64,000 nt of DNA from Eledone cirrhosa (lineage: Eukaryota): contig CAXHJY010000277.1 of assembly GCA_964016885.1 (NCBI GenBank), positions 60,450 through 124,449 of the forward strand. Direction: 5' to 3'. A model generated the notes under the pieces. It saw only the letters and a program-made list of their open reading frames with translations. It did not search any database and had not been told where the DNA came from. Both the position numbers and the translations under genes were made by a program. Position 1 is the stretch's first letter, and the number at the start of each line of letters is the position of its first letter. Shown in pieces: positions 26,795 through 42,638 of this stretch.

Positions 26795-28315
26795 TAGACA
26801 GGTAGATAGACAGGTAGATAGGCAGACATACAGACTGACGGACAGACAGACAGACCTGGTAGACAGACAGATAGACAGACCTGGTAGACAGACAGACTGA
26901 CTGACGGACAGACAGACAGACCTGGTAGACAGACAGACAGACTGACTGACGGACAGGTAGACAGACCTGGTAGACAGACAGATAGACAGACCTGGTAGAC
27001 AGACAGACTGACTGACGGACAGACAGACCTGGTAGACAGACAGATAGACAGACCTGGTAGACAGACAGACTGACTGACGGACAGACAGACAGACCTGGTA
27101 GACAGACAGACAGACTGACTGACGGACAGGTAGACAGACCTGGTAGACAGACAGACAGACAGACAGGAAGACAGATAGACCTGGTAGACAGACAGACAGA
27201 CCTGGTAGACAAAGACAGATAGACAGGTAGACAGCTAGACAGGTAGACAGACCTGGTAGACAGGTAGACAGGTAGACAGACCTGGCAGACAGCTAGACAG
27301 ACCTGGTAGACAGGTAGACAGCTAGACAGACCTGGTAGACAGGTAGACAGCTAGACAGACCTGGTAGACAGATAGACAGACCTGGTAGACAGATAGACAG
27401 ACCTGGTAGACAGGTAGACAGGTAGACAGACCTGGTAGACAGATAGACAGACATGGTAGACAGGTAGACAGACCTGGTAGACAGCTAGACAGACCTGGTA
27501 GACAGGTAGACAGGTAGACAGCTAGACAGACCTGGTAGACAGGTAGACAGGTAGACAGACCTGGTAGACAGATAGACAGACCTGGTAGACAGGTAGACAG
27601 GTAGACAGACCTGGTAGACAGATAGACAGACCTGGTAGACAGGTAGACAGGTAGACAGACCTGGTAGACAGGTAGACAGGTATACAAACCTGGTAGACAG
27701 GTAGACAGACCTGGTAGACAGGTAGGCAGGTATACAAACCTGGTAGACAGGTAGACAGGTAGACAGGTAGGCAGGTAGACAGACCTGGTAGACAGGTAGA
27801 CAGGTAGACAGACCTGGTAGACAGACCTGGTAGACAGGTAGACAGACCTGGTAGACAGGTAGACAAACAGACAGACAGTCGGTCCTGGTAGACAGACAAA
27901 CAGATAGATAGATAGGAAGACAGGTAGACAGACAGACAGACAGTCAGAGAGACAGGCAGACAAACAGATAGATTGGAAGACAGGTAGACAGACAGACAGA
28001 CAGTCAGTCAGACAGACAAACAGATAGATAGATAGGAAGACAGACAGGCAGGTAGACATGTAGACAGACAGACAGACAGTCAGACAGACAGGTAGATAGG
28101 AAGATAAACAGACAGAAAGAGAGAGACAGGTAGATAGATCGATATATAGGTAGATAGAAAGAGAGAGAGACAGACGGGGAGACAGGTAGATAGATCGATA
28201 TATAGGTAGATAAAAAGAGAGATAGACAGGTAGATAGATCGATATATAGGTAGCTAGAAAAGTGAGAAAGACAGACGGGGAGACAGGTAGATAGATCGAT
28301 ATATAGGTAGCTAGA
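26795..28315. repeat. (GACA/GGTA/GATA)-derived satellite with recurring cctggtagacag
   Basis: Directly visible. Confidence 0.9.
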
Positions 28316-28423
28316 AATCGATATTAACTTTGATATTTCCAATTTTCCATTGACTTCAGAATAAGTTAATGATTTTAACATTTTTTTCTCATTGTTCTCC
28401 AGTTAAAGATATTTTTATAGTAC

Positions 28424-29960
28424 TGTTGTTGTTGTTGTTGGTGGTGGTGTTGTTGTTGTTGTTGTTGGTGGTGGTGTTGGTGCTGATGATTGTGGTGGTG
28501 GTGTTGTTGTTGGTGGTGGTGATAATTGTGGTGGTGGTGTTGTTGGTGTTGTTGGTGGTGTTGGTGTGGGTGGTGATGATTGTGGTGGTGTTGGTGGTGT
28601 TGGTGTTGGTGGTGGTGTTGATGATTGTGGCGGTGGTGGTGTTGGTGTTGGTGGTGATGATTGTGGTGGTGGTGGTGGTGGTGGTGTTGGTGCTGATGAT
28701 TGTGGTGGTGTTGGTGTTGGTGGAGGTGTTGGTGTTGGTGGTGGTGTTGGTGGTGGTGTTGGTGGTGGTGGTGGTGGTGGTGGTGGTGTTGATGATTGTG
28801 GCGGTGGTGGTGTTGGTGTTGGTGGTGATGATTGTGGTGGTGGTGGTGGTGGTGGTGTTGGTGCTGATGATTGTGGTGGTGTTGGTGTTGGTGGAGGTGT
28901 TGGTGTTGGTGGTGGTGTTGGTGGTGGTGTTGATGGTGTTGATGGTGATGATTGTGGTGGTGGTGGTGGTGGTGGTGAGAGTTTAACATATTTTTTAAAA
29001 CAAAAGTTGCTTATATATATATATATACACACATATATATATATATTGTGTGTGTATATATGTGTATATATGTGTGTGTATATATGTGTATATATATATA
29101 TATGTGTGTGTGTCTGTGTGTATATATATGTATATATATGTGTGTATATATATGTATATATATGTGTGTCTCTATGTATATGTGTGTCTGTGTGTATATG
29201 TATATATGTGTGTGTATATATATATATATATATGTGTGTCTGTATGTGTGTATATATATATATACAGGGTGTCCGCATATTACCTGTACAGGTAATATGC
29301 AATATTTATTAGAATGCTGTTGAAGTGTTTATATATTTTTGAGACACAGCGTGTGTGTGTCTGTGTGTGTGTGTGTGTGTGTGTACATACATGATGCGTA
29401 TATATATGCACATGCATATGCATACCTACAACTACTACTACAACCACCACTACTACTAGGACCACTGCTATAACAATTACCAACACCGCTACTACTACTA
29501 CTACCAACACCGCTACTACTACTACCACTTATACTACTACCATTACAACAACTACCGCCACTACTACCACCTATAATACTACCACCACCACTACTACCAG
29601 CACCACCTTTACTACGTCCACTATTGTAGCAACTACCACCACCACCACTACTACAACCACAACTAAACCCACTACTACCACTACTACAACCACCACCACT
29701 ACTACTACAAACACCACTACAACCACCACCACTACAACCACCACCACTACTACAAACACCACGTTTACTACGTCCACTATTGTAGCAACTACCACCACCA
29801 CTACTACAACCACAACCACTACTACCACTACCACTACTACAACCACCACCACTACTACAACCACCACCACTACTACAACCACCACCACTACTACTACAAA
29901 CACCACTACTACAACCACCACTACTACTACAAACACCACTACTACCACCTCTACTACAAC
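28424..29960. repeat. (GGT/GTT)n, (TA/TG)n and (ACT/ACC)n blocks
   Basis: Directly visible. Confidence 0.9.
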
Positions 29961-30251
29961 ATACACGTATTCACGCACGTATACATCTTCAGGTCGGTGC
30001 AATAGAGGTAAACTTAAGCCATTAAGTTTGCTCCTCCACATCCGCCACACCACCACCACCACCAGCTCCCTCCTTCCTAGACCCACCTTCCAGCTATCCA
30101 CGCCTTACCGACCCCATCCACCCAACAAAACCCTACCTCATATTATTCCAACATCAAATATTCAACATATTACGTTACATTACATAACATTCTTCAGCGA
30201 CTCACTCTAGGCTGGTATTTCCTGCGCCTGGGAAACATTACACTTTCGTTA

Positions 30252-32725
<2,474 letters not shown>

Positions 32726-32938
32726 AACCTCTTCAACAATCAGGCAACTATAAAGTTTATTACAGTTTTATATGAAATATGTTTTATGACATACAGCAAT
32801 ATAGCATCTATGTTAGGGTGCAATTGAAGTATGTATGGTACTTGTGTGTATATATGTGTTTAGGGGTGTATATACATGTATATATGTATATATACATATA
32901 TACATGTATATATATATATTATATATATATATATACGT

Positions 32939-32969
<31 letters not shown>

Positions 32970-33017
32970 TTATGCACAAGAGCGACGGAGAGATACGTGC
33001 ATAAATATGCATAAATA

Positions 33018-33062
<45 letters not shown>

Positions 33063-33074
33063 ATAGATAGATAG

Positions 33075-33117
<43 letters not shown>

Positions 33118-33133
33118 TAGGTAGATAGATACA

Positions 33134-33196
<63 letters not shown>

Positions 33197-33215
33197 TAGG
33201 TAGATAGATACATAC

Positions 33216-33253
<38 letters not shown>

Positions 33254-33344
33254 TGAGAAAGAGAGAGAGAATGGTAGATAGATAGATGATATATAAAACA
33301 GACAGATATATATATAGATATGTATTTATACACATGCACACACG

Positions 33345-33376
<32 letters not shown>

Positions 33377-33397
33377 TACATATATATATCCACACAC

Positions 33398-33432
<35 letters not shown>

Positions 33433-33464
33433 CCGAATTCCGCGCAGCTTCACACACACACACA

Positions 33465-33540
33465 GATCTGCCACGCCGTTGATCTGAACCCGAAGATATA
33501 TCGTTGAGAAGGCAATTTTTTAACCATTCGGCTGTATCCA
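33465..33540 (-). mobile_element. tRNA-derived SINE head fragment
   Basis: Minus strand: agccgaatggttaa...gggttcagatc...gcgtggca (A/B-box-like). Confidence 0.5.
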
Positions 33541-33699
33541 CATAACTGCCCGTGTCATACTTTCCTCATAGGTTATTTTTTTTTACTACACATTAATAAA
33601 CATCTTGAGATTTGTACTGCTCAGAAGAAGGTCTTTTGTGAATAATTAAAATGTTTTCGACGCCAAATAACACAAAGGCAGTCTTATACATTTACTTAG

Positions 33700-33837
33700 A
33701 TCATTCAGTGTTTAGCCAACAATTGTGAACTCAATGCTTCGCTTTTGAGTACACAATAAGACCAAAACATGTTCGAAATTATCTCCCGTTTTTGCTCATT
33801 TAATTTCATAATGATTTAATACATTTACACACACACT

Positions 33838-33896
<59 letters not shown>

Positions 33897-34033
33897 CTTA
33901 ATACTTTGGCAATCATTGACAAGAACAATGCTTCGCTTTTGAGTATACCATAAGACCGAAACATGTTCGAAGTTATCTCCCGTTTTTGCCCATTAAATTT
34001 GGTCAAAATTTAATACATTTACACACACGCACA

Positions 34034-34078
<45 letters not shown>

Positions 34079-34275
34079 CTTAGTAATTTAGCAATCTTTG
34101 AGAAGAACTATCCTTCTCTTTTGTGTTCACGATAAGACTGAAACATGTTCGAAGTTATCTCCCATTTTTGCTCATTAATTATGGCAATAATTTACTACAT
34201 TTACATACATAATTAAGTACTTTGGCAACGTTTGAAATGATCTCTACTTCGCTCTTGTGTTCACAATAAGACCAG
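33700..34275 (+). repeat. ~190-bp tandem repeat (3-4 copies) containing a hammerhead 3' half
   Basis: ataagacc GAAA catg TT cgaagttatctccc recurs at ~33756, 33950 and 34132; units separated by (TA)n. Confidence 0.7.
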
Positions 34276-34351
34276 ATGAGGTCGGAGGCCCATCGATAGA
34301 TTTTGCGGCATCAAATTGAGACTGCAATATATTTTTGCAACTGGCCCCCTA

Positions 34352-34393
<42 letters not shown>

Positions 34394-34397
<4 letters not shown>

Positions 34398-34568
34398 GTT
34401 TGGTAAGCTTCCGGGTGGACCATAACGCACCAGAGTACTCAAAACGTAGAGTAGTAGAGTGGATAATAGGAAAAGAGTCAGGACCCCGACGGCTGAGCTC
34501 CGGCCGTTTCGACAGCTAGACCTAGATCTGAACTAAGTTTAGCCTTCGGGATCCTGACTTTTCTCATA
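34394..34568. mobile_element. Family X element with inverted arm
   Basis: Homologous to 8180-8343; (TA)n on both sides. Confidence 0.75.
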
Positions 34569-34602
34569 TATATATATATATATATATATTAGTAGTAGTA
34601 GT

Positions 34603-34786
34603 AATAATTGTTTCTACTTTAGACACAAGGCCAGCAATTACCCAGTGCATTACTGGTACTTTATTTAATCGACCCCGTAAGGATGAAAGGCAAAGTCAAC
34701 CTCGGCGGGATTTGAACTCAGATCGTAAAGGGACGTAACTATTCTGGAAAGCATGGCGTCCGACCCTCTACTGATACTGCCAATCC
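34603..34786 (-). mobile_element. SINE family A
   Basis: Family consensus. Confidence 0.85.
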
Positions 34787-35205
34787 AAAAAAATATGTGT
34801 GTCTAGAACCCTACCACCACCACCACCACCACAAGAGGATGTGGGTTCTTTGATGTTAATGATGACTCTGATGCTGCTGATGATGATGATACACCTATCC
34901 ACCTCTCTTACATCGTTTGATCGTCTGTTTCCGTTGTGGAGTGATAAATACCAAAGTTGTTTCATGATTGTTTTTTTTCCTCGAGTGACCATGGGAAAAA
35001 AACGTCAAATAACGATACAGACACACTGACACACAGACAGACAGACTGACTGACTGACTGACACACAGACAGATACAGACATACTGACACACAGACTGAC
35101 ACTGACTGATTGACAGACAGATAGACACAGACATACTGACAGACAGACAGATACAGACATACTGACACACAGATAGACACTGACTGACTGACAAACAGAT
35201 AGATA

Positions 35206-36027
35206 TATTTCTTTATTTACCATAAAGGCATAAAAAGAAGGGACAAATACAAAGGGGGGGAGTTTACATAAAACCGAGTAAAAAGGGTATAAAATAAAAA
35301 TAATCGAAAACAACCTCAAAAGGGAGGGGACGTGATGGGGGTTGCACACACCCCCGAAAAAGTGTGCAATCCTTTGCCCGGGGGAGCACATGGAGAAGGT
35401 GCTCCCCTCTCCTTCACTTCTTTACCTACAGGATGGTATATAGAGAAGGGCCATTTACACGAGCCATTCTCGCCACTATCACCCACCTTTCATAAAACTG
35501 CCTGTGGCCAAGCACCTCTCTCTCCATTCTTATCCTTCTTCCGAAGTGATATCGGAAGAAGTAGACCAGACTATGGCCAGAGAGGAAGTTGCCTGACCTC
35601 AGACCTTTCAATCGTGTCCACCAAACAACCTCTTTCAACATGGCTATTACGCACAGAAAAACAGCCTTTGCTTCCTTTGTGAAGAGGGGAGGCGGCTTGA
35701 TTGTCACCACGGACTCGGCGGTCAATCGAATCGGCGCCACCCGCGACAGCAGTCGTTCGACGTAGCCCCACAGATCAGCCACGCCCGGACATTGCACCAA
35801 TGCGTGCGCAACGGTTTCTTCGTGACGCACGCATCTAGGGCAAATCTTTTTCGAGGGATCCCTGCCCGGGCGCCCGTGTCTGTAGAGCCTCTCTCGAACG
35901 GGTAGAGCCCCCCGGTAGCACTGCCAGGCTAGTGGCTTCTGGAAGTTGTCCATTGGTCCCGGGCCGAAAGTCCTACCGAACAGGCTGGCCAGTTCGTCCT
36001 CTTCCATGTCCAGCGACTCTCCAGGGG
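35206..36027 (-). mobile_element. Tx1/L1-clade LINE 3' fragment A
   Basis: Open frame with CPRC...HALVQC knuckle; AATAAA; (GATA/GACA)n flanks. Confidence 0.9.
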
Positions 36028-36086
36028 TGACTAACAGATAGATAGACAGGCGGACAGACTGGCACTGACTGACTGACAGATAGATA

Positions 36087-36572
36087 GACAAGTACAAAGG
36101 GGGGAGTTTACATGCAAAGGCGTCCTCAATAAGGAGGAGGCAATAACAAGATATAAAAGTATAAAAATAAAATAAAATATAACAAAATAAATGTTATAAC
36201 AATACCCTCAATAGGGAGGAGGCGCCTTGGGGGGTCGCACACACCCCCGAAAAAAAGTGTGCAACCCTTCTCCTCAGGAGCACAGAGAGGGGGTGCTCCC
36301 TTGATCTTTCATCTTCCTCACCTATAGTCTGATGTAGAGTGAAGGCCCATTCACACGGGCCATTCTCGCCACTTTCACCCATCTTTCATAAAAACGACTG
36401 GGGTGGAGCACCTCTCTCTCCATCCTGATCCTTCTTCCGAAATGATATCGGAAGAAACGGACCAGTTGTTGGCCAGAGAGAAAGGTGTCTGACCTCAGTC
36501 CTTTCAGACGCGTCCACCATACAACCTCTTTCGCCATGGCTATTACGCACAGAAACACCGCCTCTTCTTCAT
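36087..36572 (-). mobile_element. Tx1/L1-clade LINE 3' fragment B, same subfamily as the long copy
   Basis: Near identical to ~15082-15560; lacks the terminal ~35 bp. Confidence 0.9.
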
Positions 36573-36670
36573 TGAGTGACAGATAGATAGATAGAAAGAC
36601 AGGCAGATTGATATTGGCTGACAGACAGACACACTGACACAGTAGGACAGACAGACAGACACACAGACAC

Positions 36671-36725
<55 letters not shown>

Positions 36726-37689
36726 TCTTTATTTTACACAGAGGCGTACAAAAATGGGACATTAAAAGACGGCTGGGGTTTTACATAAAAATAACTTTAA
36801 CATTAATAAATAACAATAAACTATATATAATAAAATAACAATTGAAATCCCCAATAGGGGGCAGAGGGAACGTTACTGCAGGGTTGTTTTACACCCCGTG
36901 GATACAACAACCCTCAACACCAGGAACACGTTTTGTAGGTGTTCCTGTCTTCCCTCTGTTTATCTTCCTCAACCTACAGGTTTATATACAGAGAAGGCCC
37001 ATTCACTCGGGCCATTGTCGCCACAGTCACCCACCTTTCAGCGAATTTACTGGGGTGTAGCACCTCTCTCTCCACTCTCACCTTCCTTCTGAAGTGATAC
37101 TTGAAGAAGGGGATAAGTGGTTGTCCGGAGAGAAAAGTGTCTGCCCTCAGTCCTTTTAACCTTGTCCACCATATTACCTCTTTCGCCGTAGCCACCAGAT
37201 AGAGGAAGACCGTCTCTCCTTCGTTCTTAAATGAAGGCGGCGGGGTGATCCTCACGATGGACTCGGCTGACAACTGGATGCGTCCCACACGTGACAGCAG
37301 CTGTTCGACATAATTCCACAGGTCGGTCACCCCTGGGCACTGAACAATTGCGTGCAGAACGGTTTCGATGTCCTGCTCGCATCTTGGACAGGTCCTTTTG
37401 GCAGGATCTCTGCCAGGGCGTCCGTGCCTGTAGATTTGTCTCTAACAAGTAGAGCTCCTCGGTAGCACTGCCAGGCCAGAGACCTCTGGAAGTTATCCAT
37501 AGGCCCTGGACGGAAAGTCCTCGCGAACAGACTGGTCAGTTTGTCCTCCTCGATGCCTAGAGTTTCCCCGAGAACGTCGTCGCATTTATCCTCCACTAAT
37601 CTCCTATAGAATGTCGAAGTGGAGTCTCTACTGATTGCCGTTTCCGCTTGGTAGAGGGCTGTGAGCGCCTGTAGGCATTCGAGGTGCCA
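36726..37689 (-). mobile_element. Tx1/L1-clade LINE 3' fragment C (one frameshift)
   Basis: ORF pieces WHLECLQAL...PGPMDNFQRSLAWQCY and DLWNYVEQLL...GPSLYINL. Confidence 0.9.
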
Positions 37690-37786
37690 TAGATAGATAG
37701 TGAGACAGACACAGGCTGACAGACAGACAGACAGACACAGAGGCTGGCAGATAGAAAGACAGATAAATCGATCGACTGACAGATAA

Positions 37787-38739
37787 ATTTCTTTATTAGC
37801 CACAAGGGCACAAAAGAAGGGGACAAATACAAATGGGGAGTTTACATACAGTTATATGAAAATACAACTATTAATAAAATAACAAATAACAATTGAAATC
37901 CCCAATAGGGGGGGGGAGGCGTTACACAGGGGTTGTACACACCCCGAGAAAATGTACAACCCTCATCTCCAGGAGCACTAAGAGTGAGTACTCCCTTCCT
38001 CTCTTCCTCTTTTTCCTCAACCTACAGGCTTATATAGAGAGAAGGCCCAACCACTCGGACCATCTTTGCCACATTCACCCACCTTTTATAAAATTTGCTG
38101 GGGTACAGCACCTCTCTCTCCATCCTGATTCTTCTTCCAAAATTATATTTGAAAAAACGAATCAATTGCTCGCCGGAGAGAAAGGTGTCTGAACTCAGCC
38201 CTTTTAACCTCGTCCACCATATAACCTCTTTCGCCATAGCCATAACACACAGGAAAACCGCCTCTCCCTCGTTTTTGAAGGAGGGTGGCGGTTTGATCAT
38301 GACAATGGACTCGGTGGTCAACTGAATTAGTCTCACCCGCGACAATAGTCGTTCTACATAGCCCCACAGGTCGGTAACGCCCGGGCAGTGTACAAATGCG
38401 TGCGTGACGGTTTCCTCCTCACGCACGCATCTCGGACAGATCTTTTTCGAAGGGTCCCTACCCGGGCGCCCATGTCTGTAGAGCTCGTCTCGAACTGGTA
38501 GAGCTCCTCGGTAGCACTGCCAGGCCAGGGACTTTTGGAAGTTGTCCATTGGTCCCGGGCGGAAGGTCCTACCGAACAGACTGGCCAGTTCGTCCTCCTC
38601 TACGGCTAGAGTTTCTCCGAACGCGTCGTCGCACTTGCTGCGGACCAACCCTCTATAGAATGACGAAGTGGAGTCTCCACTGATCGCCGGGTCCGTTTGC
38701 CAGAGGACTGTGAGCGCCTGAGCACATTCGATGTGCCAT
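37787..38739 (-). mobile_element. Tx1/L1-clade LINE 3' fragment D
   Basis: Open ~240-aa frame WHIECAQAL...GPSLYISL; AATAAA; GACA/GATA 3' flank. Confidence 0.9.
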
Positions 38740-39109
38740 TTCAAAAGTTAAGTGAGATAAAGAGATGTGTGGTCATGATGTTACGTATATATATTATATA
38801 TTCGATATGTCTCATATGAAAGAATACAGCCAATTTTCCACGCAATACTTTTAGTTAGCACCCCGAACGCATAATTGGGAATATAATCACTTATTTCCTA
38901 ATCTTTGTTGAGTGAGTTGGAATTTGGCCGGAGTATAGCTAAAAAGCTTTCTCCGATATTGTATTTATTTATATATATATATGTATATATATATTAATAA
39001 GAGGAATTCCAACTTTGTCTGATTTACTCGTTTTATTTACAATCCTCTAAAATTTATAATGGTATTATAATGAGATAGTATGATAGAATATTAAATGTTA
39101 AGTGTTAAT

Positions 39110-39148
39110 TGAACAAGTACTTTCATCCTTTCGCAATCTTCAGGTTCA
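39110..39148 (-). ncRNA. Minimal type I hammerhead, left-arm copy
   Basis: Minus strand: tgaac CTGAAGA ttgc gaaa ggat GAAA gtac TT gttca. Confidence 0.7.
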
Positions 39149-39199
39149 TAATGTGTGGTGACAGTTAAGTATTGCAAACTTGACTGTCACCACACATTA

Positions 39200-39238
39200 T
39201 GAACCTGAAGATTGCAAAAGCTTGAAAGTACTTGTTCA
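39200..39238 (+). ncRNA. Minimal type I hammerhead, right-arm copy
   Basis: tgaac CTGAAGA ttgc aaaa gctt GAAA gtac TT gttca. Confidence 0.7.
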
Positions 39239-39385
39239 ATTAACACTTAACATTTAATATTCTATCATACTATCTCATTCTAATACCATTATAAATTTTA
39301 AAGGATTGTAAATAAAACGAGTAAATCAGACAAAGTTGGAATTCCTCTTATTAATATAATCTTCTATACACAATCATACACACCC

Positions 39386-39491
<106 letters not shown>

Positions 39492-39597
39492 ATGTGTGTG
39501 TGTTTATATATATATATATATGTGTGTGTGTATATATGTATATATATATATATATATATGTGTATTTATTTATGTATATATATATATATAGAAGAGC

Positions 39598-39642
39598 TTC
39601 TACAGGACTAGAACTGTTTCTTTCGTGGGAAATCATCAGGAA
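39598..39642 (-). ncRNA. Type I hammerhead in family W fold-back element (39590-39735)
   Basis: Minus strand: ttc CTGATGA tttc ccac gaaa GAAA cag-ttctagtc-ctg TA gaa. Confidence 0.7.
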
Positions 39643-39733
39643 TAAAAGAGTTCTAGTCCTGTAAAACTTTTATACTCTGCTATGTTTTGAGTACCTTACT
39701 TACTGTGGTTACCTCCGATTCAACCCGGAATAA

Positions 39734-39799
<66 letters not shown>

Positions 39800-39809
39800 T
39801 ATATGTATA

Positions 39810-39849
<40 letters not shown>

Positions 39850-39855
39850 TGTATA

Positions 39856-39912
<57 letters not shown>

Positions 39913-39927
39913 GTACATATATATATA

Positions 39928-39963
<36 letters not shown>

Positions 39964-40269
39964 TAGATATATATATGTACATATATATATATATATATAT
40001 GTACATATATATATATATATGTACATATATAAATATATATATATATATATGTACATATATATATATATATTTCAACCATATATATATATATATACATGTA
40101 GAGAACACAGTTCTCAGGGAGATTCAGCTACCAACAACAACAACAACAAACAATGATCTATCGCTCAACACAAGAGTGTAAAGTGTAAACTTTAAACTTT
40201 ACACATCTCCACCACACAACTTTCTGATAGATTTTTATTTTCAAAGGTGAAACATTTTAACATTTTAAC

Positions 40270-40588
40270 GACAACAACAACAACAGCAATAACAACAACA
40301 ACAACAACAACAGCAATAACATCAATAACAGCAATAACATCAACAACATCAACAACAACAACACCAATAGCAACAACAACAGCAATAACATCAACAACAA
40401 CAACAGCAATAGCAACAACAACAACAACAGCAATAACATCAACAACAACAACACCAATAGCAACAACAACAGCAATAACATCAACATCAACAACAACAAC
40501 AGCAATAACATCAACAACAACAACAGCAATAGCAACAACAACAACAGCAATAACATCAACAACAACAACAACCACAACAGCAATAACA

Positions 40589-40642
<54 letters not shown>

Positions 40643-40700
40643 GCAATAACATCAACAACAACAACAGCAACAACAACAACAACAACAACAGCAATAACAT

Positions 40701-40735
<35 letters not shown>

Positions 40736-41882
40736 GCAACAGCAACAGCAACAGCAACAACCACAACAGCCACAACAACAACAGCAACAGCAACAACAAC
40801 AACAACAACCACCACAGCAACAACCACAACAGCAACAGCAACAACCACAACAACAACAACAACAGCCACAACAACCACAACAACAACAACACCAACACCA
40901 ACACCAGTAACAACAACAACAACAACTATCATCATCATAATCATCAACACAGTCGTTGTCATCATAATATCCATCATAATCCCCCTCCTCCCCACCACCA
41001 TCATCATCATGGTATGATGATGATTACATCATCATCAACATCATTACAATATTCATCATAATCATCGCCACCACCACCACCGCCACCATTACATCACCAG
41101 CGTCACATACATCCACCATCATCACCACCAACACCAACATTGCATCCACCACCACCGCCGCCATCATCATCATCATCACATCCACCACCTCCACCACCAC
41201 CACCACCACTACATCCACCACCTCCAACACCACTACCATCATCATCATCACATCCACCACCTCCACCACCACCATCACCATCACATCCCCACCACAACCA
41301 TCATCATCATCACACACACCACCTCCACCACCACCATCACATCCACCACCATCACATCCCCCACCTCCAACACTACCACAACCATCATCATCATCACACA
41401 CACCACCTCCACCACCACCATCACATCCACCACCATCACATCCCCCACCTCCAACACCACCACAACCATCATCATCATCACATCCACCACCTCCACCACC
41501 ACCACCACCATCATATCCACCACCTCCAACACCACCACAATCACCACCATCACCACCACCTCCAACACCACCACCATCACCATATCCACCACCACCACCA
41601 CCACCATCATCACATCCACCACCACAATCACCACAATCACCACCATCACCACTACCACCACAATCACCACCATCACCACCACCTCCAACACCACCACGAT
41701 CATCACCATCACCACCACCTCCAACACCACCACAATCATCACCATCACCACCACCACCAACATTACATCACTACATCCACCATCATCACCGTCGCCACCA
41801 CCACCACCATCATCACTACCATTACCACTACCATCACCACCATTGCCACCACCAACACCACATCCACTATCATCACCACAAC

Positions 41883-41913
<31 letters not shown>

Positions 41914-42078
41914 GTCATCCACACCACCATCATCCCCTCATGCAACACCACTACCCTCACCACCACTATCAGCAGCACCACCACCACCACCACTACCACC
42001 ATCATCACTACCATTACCACTACCAACACCACCACCACCCTATCCACCACCACCACTACTATCACCACCATCACCATC
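40270..42078. repeat. (AAC/AGC)n followed by (ACC/ATC)n repeats
   Basis: Directly visible. Confidence 0.9.
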
Positions 42079-42193
42079 AGACAGTTACCGTCACCAGTAT
42101 ATATATATACACATCACCACCCTACTCTCAAGAGCGTGAAACTAATAAACCTTTGTTCGTACTGCCTCTCTGTTTTGTTCCCTTTCAATTTTT

Positions 42194-42230
<37 letters not shown>

Positions 42231-42391
42231 CATATCTATATCTCTCTCTATATATATATATGTAGAAGGTGAGTAATATTGTAGAACAATAAAACTATGC
42301 ATATATCAGATAAGTAGCACTCAACAGTTGGTAAAACTGGAGTATATATAATAAAGAAGAAATTAAAAGATGGTTAAAAGAGTTCCATATA

Positions 42392-42457
42392 TTCTATTAT
42401 GCGCATTTCGAAAACAAAATCATCCTGGGACAAACATTGTGTTCTCATCAGATAAAA
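42392..42457 (-). ncRNA. Type I hammerhead, left-arm copy
   Basis: Minus strand: ttttat CTGATGA gaacacaat...attttgttttc GAAA tgcgca TA atagaa. Confidence 0.8.
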
Positions 42458-42572
42458 TAAGGTAACATGATATGAGGCATAATAACACTTGTTTACAGGA
42501 AAGTGCTAAGTCTACATATGTAAACACTTTGCTGTAAACAAGTGTTATTATGCCTCATAACACGTTACCTTA

Positions 42573-42638
42573 TTTTATCTGATGAGAACACAATGTTTGT
42601 CCCAGGATGATTTTGTATTCGAAATGCGCATAATAGAA
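42573..42638 (+). ncRNA. Type I hammerhead, right-arm copy
   Basis: ttttat CTGATGA gaac...attc GAAA tgcgca TA atagaa; palindromic stem III. Confidence 0.8.

Larger units (their letters stand above)
38991..39357. mobile_element. Fold-back element with ~180-bp arms and a 7-nt loop
   Basis: Arms 38991-39170 and 39178-39357 are reverse complements with few mismatches; in TA-rich context. Confidence 0.9.

Noticed and set aside
38991-39357. Tc1/mariner MITE or miRNA precursor interpretation
   Set aside because: Family-variable arm length, one-sided tails and internal hammerheads fit retro-inversion better, and the stems are far longer than pre-miRNAs. Not formally excluded for every element.
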